The translations under genes and the position numbers were made by a program. From Defluviitaleaceae bacterium (GTDB taxonomy: Bacteria; Bacillota; Clostridia; Lachnospirales; UBA5962), in assembly GCA_009779915.1 (NCBI GenBank), contig WRBA01000001.1, positions 42,212 through 66,211 on the forward strand: DNA of 24,000 nt, given 5' to 3'. Below the pieces are notes generated by a model. That model saw only the letters and a program-made list of their open reading frames with translations. It searched no databases and was not told the DNA's origin. Below are positions 7,901 to 15,841 of the stretch, one piece after another (position 1 is the first letter of the stretch; the number at the start of each line of letters is the position of its first letter).

Positions 7901-8016
7901 TATTATAGCACAAAAATGACAACTTTGAAACATGAAATTAAATATTTCAAAGTTGTTGACAGTAGAAAAGTGAGATGCTATAATAAGTTTGAAATGTTGA
8001 TCTTCGTATTTCAAAC
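7901..8016. promoter_or_regulatory. Divergent TetR / methyltransferase promoter-operator region
   Basis: Plus strand: TTGACA (7956-7961), 17 nt spacer, TGCTATAAT (7976-7984), a consensus extended -10. Minus strand: TGCTATAAT (7909-7901). Two related palindromes bracket the plus-strand promoter: AACTTTGAAA-N14-TTTCAAAGTT (7921-7954) and GTTTGAAAT-N12-ATTTCAAAC (7987-8016). Confidence 0.65.
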
Positions 8017-8040
8017 ATAGTGATGGCAGGAGGAAAGAGA

Positions 8041-8706
8041 ATGAGGGGTAAAAAAATGAAAATTGCATTGATAGCCATAGCGGCGGTTATAGTAGCAGGA
8101 ATTGCTTTATACCAGCCTTTAATAAACTATCTCGGACGACAAGCGGCAAATCCTACTGGAGTTGTAGGTAGAATTATGACAAGGATATGGTCAACTTCAT
8201 TTAATGACTTGCGTGAATGGGGTTTATCTCATATAACCATAGACGATGGTGATATTATTTTATCTGTCGGATTTGGCAGTGGTGCAGGTATAGACTACAT
8301 GAAAGGGTTAAACGAAAATATCACTATCTACGGAATTGACATATCCCAAGAAGCGGTTAATAGCGCAACTGCAATTAACCAAAGACATATAGATACAGGT
8401 GGAGTTATACTGGCTTTAGGCAATGTCGCATACTTAGATTTTGAAGATGAATTTTTCAATCTCATTGTTGCGGGTCAAACACATATGTATTGGGGCGAAG
8501 TGTTGGAGCAGGGGCTTTTAGAATGCCATAGAGCGTTAAAGCAAGAAGGTATTCTTTTGATATACGCAGAGATAGATACAACCTTGCACTTTCTTCCTGA
8601 GTACAGCAACCATGATGATTTTGCCGCCCTATTGTATGAAATTGGATTTCGGGAGGTTAGTATTATGTTAAGCGGTAATCATGTGGCATTTATCGGTATA
8701 AAATAA
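8041..8706 (+). CDS. Class I SAM-dependent methyltransferase with N-terminal membrane anchor
   Basis: Motif I ILSVGFGSGAGIDYM. Acidic post-I residue in IYGIDIS. Start at ATG 8041 lies 7 nt after AGGAGG. N-terminal TM IALIAIAAVIVAGIALY. Confidence 0.85.
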   Translation: MRGKKMKIALIAIAAVIVAGIALYQPLINYLGRQAANPTGVVGRIMTRIWSTSFNDLREWGLSHITIDDGDIILSVGFGSGAGIDYMKGLNENITIYGIDISQEAVNSATAINQRHIDTGGVILALGNVAYLDFEDEFFNLIVAGQTHMYWGEVLEQGLLECHRALKQEGILLIYAEIDTTLHFLPEYSNHDDFAALLYEIGFREVSIMLSGNHVAFIGIK

Positions 8707-8707
8707 T

Positions 8708-8780
8708 TTATTACTCCACCGATTAAACCTTGTGCAAAAATTTGCAAAGATTGTGCAAGGTTTAGTTGGGGGAGTAATAA
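8708..8780 (+). repeat. Long imperfect hairpin after the methyltransferase gene
   Basis: TTATTACTCC...TAAACCTTG (8708-8737) pairs with CAAGGTTTA...GGAGTAATAA (8751-8780). The apex holds a competing perfect palindrome TGCAAA-AA-TTTGCA (8733-8746). No U-tract. Confidence 0.5.
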
Positions 8781-8815
8781 CAACTAAAGCAATTTATTTT
8801 TGAAGGAGTGGCGCA

Positions 8816-9199
8816 ATGAGAGGAAAAATTAGTCTATTAAAAATAGTATCTATACCAATGATTTTATTGGGAGTATATGCTTTTGCAGTGGAGATACTTG
8901 CCATTTCAAGTTTAGAGCAAGGATTTAGGCATGTTAGTTCAATAACGGCATCTGTTGCGTGTATAACTGCTGGCTTTTTTGGTATTTTATCTAAGTCGAT
9001 GAAAAATATCTTGATTATAGGTATTTTACTGTTAATAGCTACTATTTTTGATATTGTGGTGGGTATTGGGTTCTTCGGAATGGGGATTTTTCATCTTACA
9101 TTATTTGTTTGGCCTATTTTGTATTTATGGGGATGGCATATATCGAATAGAAAAATGAGTAAACCTCAATGCAATGACCCTCAAAACTCCCAAACATAA
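8816..9199 (+). CDS. Small hypothetical integral membrane protein (127 aa, about 4 TM)
   Basis: AAGGAG Shine-Dalgarno. Four hydrophobic segments. No recognisable family. Confidence 0.6.
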   Translation: MRGKISLLKIVSIPMILLGVYAFAVEILAISSLEQGFRHVSSITASVACITAGFFGILSKSMKNILIIGILLLIATIFDIVVGIGFFGMGIFHLTLFVWPILYLWGWHISNRKMSKPQCNDPQNSQT

Positions 9200-9208
9200 T
9201 TATAGGGA

Positions 9209-10072
9209 TTATTCAAACTTTATTGCCAGAGAATCACAAACAGGCTCATAACCTATCTTTTGGTAGATACTATTAGAAGTTGGGTTTGCTAAATCAGTGT
9301 ACAATACGCATTTTTTATATCCCCGTTCTAAAATAATGGAGCTAATCCCAGCCACACAGGAAGAGGCATAGCCCCTGCCGCGAAAATACGGCGGAGTGAA
9401 AACAGGACCAATGCCGCAGATAGTTACCATGTCCCTTGCTATTCTCGCCATGGAAACAGGGATGCCCTCATCTTCTAAAATATATAGCCGGTTTGAAGTG
9501 ATATGATAACGCGCATCTTCATAATTTAAGCCGGTAGGAGGAGCGTTAGGCTCATTTTGGCGAAAGATTTCCAGCCAATAAGGTAAAAAGGCAATATCGC
9601 TGTCTTTGGCAAGGCGCAAAGTGCCGATTTTAGGTATTTCAGGGTTTACTTGTGATAATTCGTAAATTCTTTGGCTCATACTTATGCTATATTCAATGTT
9701 TTTGGCACTAGAGTATTTATTTGCGAAATTATCAGCCAAAGATTTTTCCGACATTGCCCCCGGAACAAAGATATTGGCTTTTATTATTTCATTAATAAAA
9801 AACTCTAATGCAGCATCATTAATATTATTATTTGTGGCATAAAGGGTTAAATTATAAGGGGGTGTCATAACAGCAGTCAAAAGGATTACATTTTCATCCG
9901 AAACCGTTGCCATAAACCAATTTACAGGGTCTCGCCAGTCATGCTTATCTTTACCCTCATTGCCGATTATAATATTGCCTAAGGGTATTAAATTTTGCGA
10001 TTCGTCTTCCATTAAAACATCATATGTATCCTTGTAAAATTCTTTTACATCCTTATAAACTCTAAATTTCAT
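9209..10072 (-). CDS. GNAT family N-acetyltransferase (287 aa)
   Basis: C-terminal acetyl-CoA motif FRGRGYASSCVAGISSIILERGYKKCVLYTDLANPTSNSIYQKIGY. ATG 10072 lies 8 nt after AAGGGAG. The GTG at 10081 in the ORF track overlaps that Shine-Dalgarno. Confidence 0.85.
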   Translation of the reverse strand: MKFRVYKDVKEFYKDTYDVLMEDESQNLIPLGNIIIGNEGKDKHDWRDPVNWFMATVSDENVILLTAVMTPPYNLTLYATNNNINDAALEFFINEIIKANIFVPGAMSEKSLADNFANKYSSAKNIEYSISMSQRIYELSQVNPEIPKIGTLRLAKDSDIAFLPYWLEIFRQNEPNAPPTGLNYEDARYHITSNRLYILEDEGIPVSMARIARDMVTICGIGPVFTPPYFRGRGYASSCVAGISSIILERGYKKCVLYTDLANPTSNSIYQKIGYEPVCDSLAIKFE

Positions 10073-10103
10073 AGATACCACTCCCTTATCTGCGTTGACT
10101 ATA

Positions 10104-10137
10104 TAAAAAAGCGGCGGAGAAAAAACCTCTCAGCCAC
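10104..10137 (-). terminator. Rho-independent terminator of rplM-rpsI
   Basis: Minus-strand stem GTGGCTGAG / CTCCGCCGC (9 bp including 2 G-U) followed by TTTTTTA, 25 nt after the rpsI stop. Confidence 0.7.
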
Positions 10138-10161
10138 TTTTTGCAAATATTTATCAAAACA

Positions 10162-10557
10162 TTATCTCTTAGAGAACTGTGGCGCTCTCCTTGCACCCTT
10201 AAGACCGTATTTTTTACGCTCTTTCATACGCGGGTCACGGGTTAAAAAGCCTGCTTTTTTAAGGACAGGTCTAAGGTCTGCATCCGCTTCCAAAAGTGCC
10301 CTTGAAATGCCGTGACGGATAGCACCTGCCTGACCTGTATAGCCGCCGCCGAATACATTAACTTTAACGTCAAATTTGCCTATTGTGCCTGTAAGTTCGA
10401 GAGGCTGCTTCAAAATAACCTTCAAAGTCTCAAGACCAAAATAATCATCAATATCTCTTTTATTTATAGTAACCTTACCGTTGCCGGGCATAAGATAAAC
10501 TCTGGCAACTGAAGATTTACGCCTGCCTGTTCCGTAATATCTAACTGCTTGTGACAT
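10162..10557 (-). CDS. rpsI: 30S ribosomal protein S9
   Basis: 131 aa. [14 protein letters not shown]...[19 protein letters not shown]...[29 protein letters not shown] is canonical S9. Confidence 0.97.
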   Translation of the reverse strand: MSQAVRYYGTGRRKSSVARVYLMPGNGKVTINKRDIDDYFGLETLKVILKQPLELTGTIGKFDVKVNVFGGGYTGQAGAIRHGISRALLEADADLRPVLKKAGFLTRDPRMKERKKYGLKGARRAPQFSKR

Positions 10558-10574
10558 ATGGTTTTCCTCCCTCC

Positions 10575-11012
10575 CTATAGGCTAAATGTTAACACTTCAG
10601 GTTTCTGCGCTTCGTGACCATGCTCTGTGCCTTTGTAAACTTTAAGCTTTTTAAGCATTTTAGCACCTAAAGCTTTTTTAGGCAGCATACCTTTTACAGA
10701 ATGCTTTATAACCTCTTCAGGTTTTTTAGCAAGCATGGTTTTAAGATTAGTCTCTCTAAGCCCGCCGGGATATCCCGTATGCCTCCTGTAAAGTTTTTGG
10801 TCAAGTTTTTTACCTGTTACTTGAATTTTTTCAGCATTTATAACGATTACATAATCTCCCGTATCTAAATGGGGAGTGTAAATTGGCTTGTGTTTTCCTG
10901 TAAGCACTTTGGCTATTTCAGACGAAATCCTGCCTAAAGTCTGTCCTTCGGCGTCTACCACATACCATCTTCTTTCGATCTCTCCGGCTTTAACCGTATA
11001 AGTCGTTCTCAT
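10575..11012 (-). CDS. rplM: 50S ribosomal protein L13
   Basis: 145 aa. [50 protein letters not shown]...[10 protein letters not shown] is canonical L13. AGGAGG Shine-Dalgarno. Confidence 0.97.
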   Translation of the reverse strand: MRTTYTVKAGEIERRWYVVDAEGQTLGRISSEIAKVLTGKHKPIYTPHLDTGDYVIVINAEKIQVTGKKLDQKLYRRHTGYPGGLRETNLKTMLAKKPEEVIKHSVKGMLPKKALGAKMLKKLKVYKGTEHGHEAQKPEVLTFSL

Positions 11013-11175
11013 TACGAACCTCCTAGAATTTCATAGACAACAGCGAGCCGTCACAGCAGGCGGTACATAAGTGCCAATTGCGACCGAAACTCACCTTATT
11101 CAAATCCGGGGCTAACGGAGTTTGAAGTGGTCTAAAACAAGGGATATTATATTACAAAGTTGTAGGTTTTGTCAA
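11013..11175 (-). promoter_or_regulatory. rplM-rpsI promoter plus ~130-nt structured leader (possible L13-type ribosomal-protein leader)
   Basis: Minus strand reads TTGACA (11175-11170), 18 nt spacer, TATAAT (11151-11146). The leader contains complementary segments (TTCAAACTCCG / CGGATTTGAA). L13 autoregulatory leaders are known in Firmicutes, but I cannot score the motif by eye. Confidence 0.4.
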
Positions 11176-11195
11176 TGTTTATTTTGAGCATAATT

Positions 11196-11223
11196 AGAAA
11201 CGTTGAACAAAGGGAAACGTTTA
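11196..11223 (+). promoter_or_regulatory. Candidate autoregulated ECF-type promoter for the 11323 sigma gene
   Basis: AGAAAC-N16-CGTTTA, close to the ECF consensus TGAAAC-N16-CGTA. GAAACGTT occurs twice, 17 nt apart. Confidence 0.45.
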
Positions 11224-11235
11224 TACATACAGGCT

Positions 11236-11266
11236 CAACGAGACTTTTCGAAGAAAAGTCGAGTCA
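11236..11266 (+). repeat. Palindromic motif copy 2 (CAACGAGACTTTTC-gaa-GAAAAGTCGAGTCA)
   Basis: Arms identical to the reverse complement of 7816-7848. Lies 57 nt upstream of the ECF sigma start, just downstream of the candidate ECF promoter. Confidence 0.6.
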
Positions 11267-11322
11267 AGAGTGTCACAATGTTATAATGATTTACGTAATA
11301 GCTATCAGAAAGGAGGGCTGAC

Positions 11323-11808
11323 ATGGTTGATTTTGAACAAATAGTAACTACATACCAAAAACCAATCTTAAAATACTGCTACAGTGTACTGTGCGACTAC
11401 CATGAAGCCCAGGATGCTATGCAAATGACTTTTATCAAAGCTCATGACAAGAGCAGCACCTTTAAAGATGGGATGCCGCTCTCTCCTTGGCTTTATAAAA
11501 TCGCATACAACACCTGCATTGATATTATGCGTAAAAAGCGGTTTTACAGCCTGCTGAGCGGGCGTGAGGCAGTTACAGAACCCTCCTGCGAAATGCAGGA
11601 GGAGTATATGAGTGAGGAGCTTAAAAAAGCTCTTATGGTTTTGAGTTTTAAAGATAGAGCCTTGGTGTTTTCCCGCGTTATTGATGAACTTGATTATAAT
11701 GAATTAGCGCAGATTTACGGTGCCTCTGCTGCAGCACTACGTAAACGTTACGAGCGTGCAAAGAACAAGCTGGCAATAGCATTAGAAAAAGAAAGGAGCG
11801 GGCAATAA
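11323..11808 (+). CDS. ECF-type RNA polymerase sigma-70 family factor (161 aa)
   Basis: Region 2 DAMQMTFIKAH...PWLYKIAYNTCIDIMRKKR. Region 4 ELDYNELAQIYGASAAALRKRYERAKNKL. AAAGGAGGG Shine-Dalgarno. Confidence 0.9.
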   Translation: MVDFEQIVTTYQKPILKYCYSVLCDYHEAQDAMQMTFIKAHDKSSTFKDGMPLSPWLYKIAYNTCIDIMRKKRFYSLLSGREAVTEPSCEMQEEYMSEELKKALMVLSFKDRALVFSRVIDELDYNELAQIYGASAAALRKRYERAKNKLAIALEKERSGQ

Positions 11809-13277
11809 TGGAAAAAGACAATAAGGAAGTTATGATTAAAGCCGCTTTTGACAGTATAAATATCCCGGAAGCTGACGCAATTAAAGATATAAGGGCAAGA
11901 ATGGATAAAAAGCCGGCACGACCCTTTAAAAGAGCCTTTGTTGTGGCTTTTATGGCAGCCTCTGTTATGATGAGTGTTGTTATGGTTGCGGCATATTATG
12001 TTGGCAGTTTTGACAGGCTTAGGGGGATAGTTGGGGAGAATATTGCAGCCGTGATACAACCTGCGCGGGGGGAAATAATAACCGAAGACGGTGTTAGGGC
12101 GGAATTTATTGCCACAGGGGCTTTTGATAATGTGGTTGATGTGTTTATCACTATTGAGGATATGGTTGGAGATAGATTTAGCGGGAACCGGTTCATGCTT
12201 TCCGCAATTACCGGCATGGAGTTTAATATGTATCCTGTAGGGTTTGAGGCTATGGATTCGGCAACGATTTTTTCACCTCAGGTTATTCACAATGAAAACG
12301 GTGTTGTTACCCTTCACGGACGGGGTGTTTTTCCCTTTTCTGTTAATGGAATGGAGCTTAATTTTGAAATCGGGCGGATTTATTATGGTACTAATTTCAG
12401 CCGTATAGTGCGTCCAATTGATTTAGCTGCTATGGATATACCTATTGACCCTCCTGCACTTTTACTGGACGGTGAAAAGGTGCTAAAGCCCCATCAGATA
12501 GACTATGATTTTGGTATCAGAAACGTGTTTGAACAAATTTCAAGTATAGGATGGGTGGATGGTAAGCTCCATATACAGCTTTATAACCCAAGCCGCTCTA
12601 ACCCATGGCTGACTTTTGTGCGCCCTCTTGAGCGGGCACAGGGCTATGAGCATTTTAATCATCTGATTTATCGTTTTGACGGCATTGATTTTGATGAGGC
12701 AGGCAATCCCTTTTTCGCGGTTTGGCAGCCATTTCCACTTTATTTTGAAATTGTATTTGATATTACTCCCGAAATTCTTTTGGAATACGATTTTCATGGC
12801 ACATTTACAGGTTTTGAATATATGAATTTAGACTGGTATACCATATTTACGGTAGAGGCAAATGAAGCGCAGCTCAAGGCAGATGGTTTTGAGGTTGCAG
12901 TGGGCAGCTCTGTTGTAAATGAGGTTATAGTTAACCCTTCGGGTATACGATTGTCCGGTTTTTACACATCCCCAAGGGAAGAGTCGGTACTGGATAATAA
13001 TCGCGCAATTGTTACGGGTGTTTCGTCGATTTCTCCTATGGAGACTAATCAGGCATTATGGCTGGATATTTCAGGGTATTATACAGGAGATAGAATTTCT
13101 CTTGTGGTTAATACAACTGATGGGATTCACAGAGGGGTTTTAAATTATTTTACCAGAGATGATGATGGTAATTTTACCCATATATTTGGATTTAACAGGT
13201 TTATTGACTTGGATACGGTGGTCTCAGTGGGCATTGCAGGGCGGCAGCTTATATATTTTCCCGCGCAAAAAAATTGA
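11808..13277 (+). CDS. Putative anti-sigma factor / single-pass membrane protein with large extracytoplasmic domain (489 aa)
   Basis: The ATG overlaps the sigma stop by 1 nt (TAATG). Short cytoplasmic N-terminus, TM FVVAFMAASVMMSVVMVAAYYV, then about 420 aa of unrecognised extracellular sequence. Confidence 0.55.
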   Translation: MEKDNKEVMIKAAFDSINIPEADAIKDIRARMDKKPARPFKRAFVVAFMAASVMMSVVMVAAYYVGSFDRLRGIVGENIAAVIQPARGEIITEDGVRAEFIATGAFDNVVDVFITIEDMVGDRFSGNRFMLSAITGMEFNMYPVGFEAMDSATIFSPQVIHNENGVVTLHGRGVFPFSVNGMELNFEIGRIYYGTNFSRIVRPIDLAAMDIPIDPPALLLDGEKVLKPHQIDYDFGIRNVFEQISSIGWVDGKLHIQLYNPSRSNPWLTFVRPLERAQGYEHFNHLIYRFDGIDFDEAGNPFFAVWQPFPLYFEIVFDITPEILLEYDFHGTFTGFEYMNLDWYTIFTVEANEAQLKADGFEVAVGSSVVNEVIVNPSGIRLSGFYTSPREESVLDNNRAIVTGVSSISPMETNQALWLDISGYYTGDRISLVVNTTDGIHRGVLNYFTRDDDGNFTHIFGFNRFIDLDTVVSVGIAGRQLIYFPAQKN

Positions 13278-13293
13278 AAATATAATTAAACTC

Positions 13294-13346
13294 TTTTGAA
13301 ACAGTATCAGATTGTTGCTTCCAATTAATCTGATACTGCTTCAAAA
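13294..13346 (+). terminator. Long hairpin after the anti-sigma gene (20-bp stem, 1 mismatch); no clear U-tract
   Basis: TTTTGAAACAGTATCAGATT (13294-13313) pairs with AATCTGATACTGCTTCAAAA (13327-13346). Confidence 0.45.
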
Positions 13347-13473
13347 GTTGACTGGGTTGCACAAGCGGCAGGAGCCATGAATGTAAAACTGTATTAACTT
13401 TTGAATAGATTTTTCGAATAGGGCGCAAAATAAGTGTTAAGATGTACAAACTTAGCCCCAAGGAGATATCTAT

Positions 13474-14673
13474 ATGAAAAAAATTATTATATCCACTATA
13501 ATATTAATATTAGCAATTTCAATGATTTCTATGCCTTTAGCTGCTGCGGATAACCTGAGTAATCCCCCAACTGTAGCCGCCCACGGCGCGATTTTAATGG
13601 ATGCAAAAACCGGCCGAGTACTTTGGGAGAAAAACTCTGAAGCACCAATGGCTATGGCATCCACCACAAAGATTATGACGGCAATTATAGCCCTCGAAAA
13701 TGGCAATTTAGAGGATATGGTAACAGTGTCAGAGCGTGCCGCCCGCTCTCCCGAGGTTAATATGAATTTAACCGCCGGTGAGGAGCTTAAACTTCGGGAT
13801 TTGCTCTACGCTCTTATGCTTATGTCCTACAACGACACGGCAGTGGCGATTGCTGAGCATATAAGCGGCGATGTGGAAACATTTTGCCGGATTATGACAG
13901 ATAAAGCCCGCGAACTTGGTGCCATAAATACAGTTTTTGAGACCCCAAGCGGACTTGACGCAGGAGACCATCATTCAACAGCATATGATATGGCGTTAAT
14001 CACCCGCTATGCCCTTGAAAATCAGCAATTTATGGAAATAATCAATACGTCTTATATAACCATTGGCACAAATAAAAGAACAATAGATTTGCGAAATAAA
14101 AACCGCCTCCTAAGCGAGTATGAAGGGGCACTTGGAGTTAAAACAGGCTTTACAGGTAAGGCAGGGCAATGTTTTGTAGGCTCTGCCCAGCGGGATGGCA
14201 TGAAGCTTATATCCGTGGTTTTTGCTTCAGGCTGGGGAGATGCAGGCCGCGAGCAAAAATGGGTGGATACAAAGCGCATATTAGATTATGGTTTTTTAAA
14301 CTACAAATATGTGGAGCTGGTGGAAGAAGGAGACATTCCTGGGCATATTGATGTGACCCGTACAAGAAACCCAAGGATTGATATAGCCCTTGAAGAAGGA
14401 CTTATGCTACCATTAAATCCAGAGGAAGCAAGTAATATAAAAATCCAATTTGAATACCCGGAGGAGGTTCAAGCGCCTATTTATATGGGGCAGATTATGG
14501 GGCAGGGCATTATAAGCCTTGAGGGAGATATCTTAAGAACTATAAACCTTATAGCCCAAGAAGAAGCAGAGCGGCATGACCTGCAAACATCTCTTAAGAA
14601 AGTTCTTGAAAACTGGCTGGAGATGGGGACTAACAGAGATGTGGATTTAAGTGGGTTTGAAGTATTTAAATAA
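13474..14673 (+). CDS. Serine-type D-Ala-D-Ala carboxypeptidase (PBP5/DacB-DacF-like, S11 family)
   Basis: Signal peptide present. Active-site motifs SxxK (ASTTKIMT), SxN (SYND) and KTG (VKTGFTG). C-terminal PBP5-type domain. AGGAG Shine-Dalgarno. Confidence 0.9.
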   Translation: MKKIIISTIILILAISMISMPLAAADNLSNPPTVAAHGAILMDAKTGRVLWEKNSEAPMAMASTTKIMTAIIALENGNLEDMVTVSERAARSPEVNMNLTAGEELKLRDLLYALMLMSYNDTAVAIAEHISGDVETFCRIMTDKARELGAINTVFETPSGLDAGDHHSTAYDMALITRYALENQQFMEIINTSYITIGTNKRTIDLRNKNRLLSEYEGALGVKTGFTGKAGQCFVGSAQRDGMKLISVVFASGWGDAGREQKWVDTKRILDYGFLNYKYVELVEEGDIPGHIDVTRTRNPRIDIALEEGLMLPLNPEEASNIKIQFEYPEEVQAPIYMGQIMGQGIISLEGDILRTINLIAQEEAERHDLQTSLKKVLENWLEMGTNRDVDLSGFEVFK

Positions 14674-14715
14674 GTTTTCTATAAATTCTATGTTATATTA
14701 AGCAAAAAAATACAA

Positions 14716-14788
14716 AATGAGTATTTCAATTACTCGATTTAATAGCTCTCAAGCATTAAAATTAATATGAGTTATTCAACTACTCATA
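14716..14788. promoter_or_regulatory. Two related palindromic boxes upstream of the xre-agrA-agrC genes (candidate operators)
   Basis: AATGAGTATTTCAATTACTC (14716-14735) and TATGAGTTATTCAACTACTCATA (14766-14788). The second is a 7-bp-arm palindrome TATGAGT-N9-ACTCATA. Spacing is exactly 50 bp. Confidence 0.4.
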
Positions 14789-14815
14789 TTGATTTTATTT
14801 GCAGGGGGTTATTTT

Positions 14816-15061
14816 TTGTTTAAACATAAAGCCCAAGATGGCACACGTAATTTATGTGGAAAAAAGGTTTCTGATTTGAGAAAAGAGATACTGCCTAAAG
14901 TATCACAAAGACAGCTTGCTACCCTAATGCAATTAAAAGGTATTGATATGGATAAAACTGCCATAAGAAGGATTGAAAATGGCGAGAGATATGTTACAGA
15001 TATTGAGCTTAAAGCTTTAAGTGAAATTTTTGATATTAGCCTTGAGTTTTTAATAGGCTAA
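14816..15061 (+). CDS. Xre/Cro-type helix-turn-helix transcriptional regulator (about 81 aa)
   Basis: KVSQRQLATLMQLKGIDMDKTAIRRIENGERYVTDIELKALSEIF is a classic HTH_3 pattern. Start is uncertain. TTG 14816 lies 6 nt after AGGGGG and is preferred over TTG 14789, which has no Shine-Dalgarno. Confidence 0.8.
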   Translation: MFKHKAQDGTRNLCGKKVSDLRKEILPKVSQRQLATLMQLKGIDMDKTAIRRIENGERYVTDIELKALSEIFDISLEFLIG

Positions 15062-15113
15062 ATATATTATGAAGTTATTAGTTCGCTCAAATAATTTCTG
15101 GAGGGGTGATAAT

Positions 15114-15827
15114 GTGCTAAAAGCAGCGATTTGTGATGATAACGCCCCTGTTTGTTCTCAAATAGAAAAAATATTAAATGACTATAATCATAAGATACAA
15201 ACTAATACAAGCATATTTTATTCGCCGGAGAAATTTTTAGATACTTTAAAAAGCGGTGAGATTTTTGATTTGGTTTTTTTAGATATTGAGTTTCCTGATT
15301 CAAATGGAGTGGAGATAGGTAGAATCATTCGGGAAGAGCTGAAAAATGACATCATTCATATTATTTATATTTCTGCCAAAGAAAATTATGCAATGCAATT
15401 ATTTGATAATAGACCACTTCATTTTCTTATAAAACCCCTTTGTAGGGACAAAATAATTGCGCTTTTACAAAAGGTCGAATACTTACAGGAAAAAGCAAAT
15501 AAAATATTTAGCTGCACTTTCAATAATAAAGCAATTTCACTGTTTTACAAAGATATAATCTATTTTGAAAGCAAAGGTAGAAAAATACATATTTTTACAT
15601 CTGATGAGAATTATGAATTTAATGGAACTATTAAAAATTTGATTAAAAATATTAATATGGATAGTTTTTTACAAATCCACAAGTCTATAGTTGTAAATTC
15701 AACCCATATTCGAGAGCATATGTATGAATCTATTACACTCACAGGGGGAGCTTGCTTACCAATAAGCCGCACTTATAGAAAATCTATCAGGGAGAGGCTT
15801 TTAAAAAACAGAGTGATAAACTTATAG
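15114..15827 (+). CDS. agrA: LytTR-family response regulator (AgrA-like), 237 aa
   Basis: Receiver domain (ICDDN..., DLVFLDIEFPDSNG, ...FLIKPL) plus a C-terminal LytTR domain (IIYFESKGRKIHIFTSDENYEFNGTIKNL...FLQIHKSIVVN). GTG 15114 lies 7 nt after GGAGGGG. The symbol is assigned from context and is agrA-like only. Confidence 0.85.
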   Translation: MLKAAICDDNAPVCSQIEKILNDYNHKIQTNTSIFYSPEKFLDTLKSGEIFDLVFLDIEFPDSNGVEIGRIIREELKNDIIHIIYISAKENYAMQLFDNRPLHFLIKPLCRDKIIALLQKVEYLQEKANKIFSCTFNNKAISLFYKDIIYFESKGRKIHIFTSDENYEFNGTIKNLIKNINMDSFLQIHKSIVVNSTHIREHMYESITLTGGACLPISRTYRKSIRERLLKNRVINL

Positions 15828-15841
15828 TAAGGGGCGGGTCA

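Noticed and set aside
7776-7922. 49-codon N-terminal extension of the TetR ORF
   Set aside because: GAGGTGG precedes the internal ATG at 7775, and the TetR HTH begins right after it. The extension covers promoter and palindrome sequence. The same logic trimmed 8020-8040, 10073-10081, 15069-15113 and 19929-19991.
14717-14823. Two tandem mini-ORFs starting MSISIT... (17 aa) and MSYSTT... (18 aa) upstream of xre
   Set aside because: The similar N-termini simply reflect the duplicated palindromic box. Neither has a Shine-Dalgarno. An operator interpretation is more economical, although leader-peptide function cannot be fully excluded.
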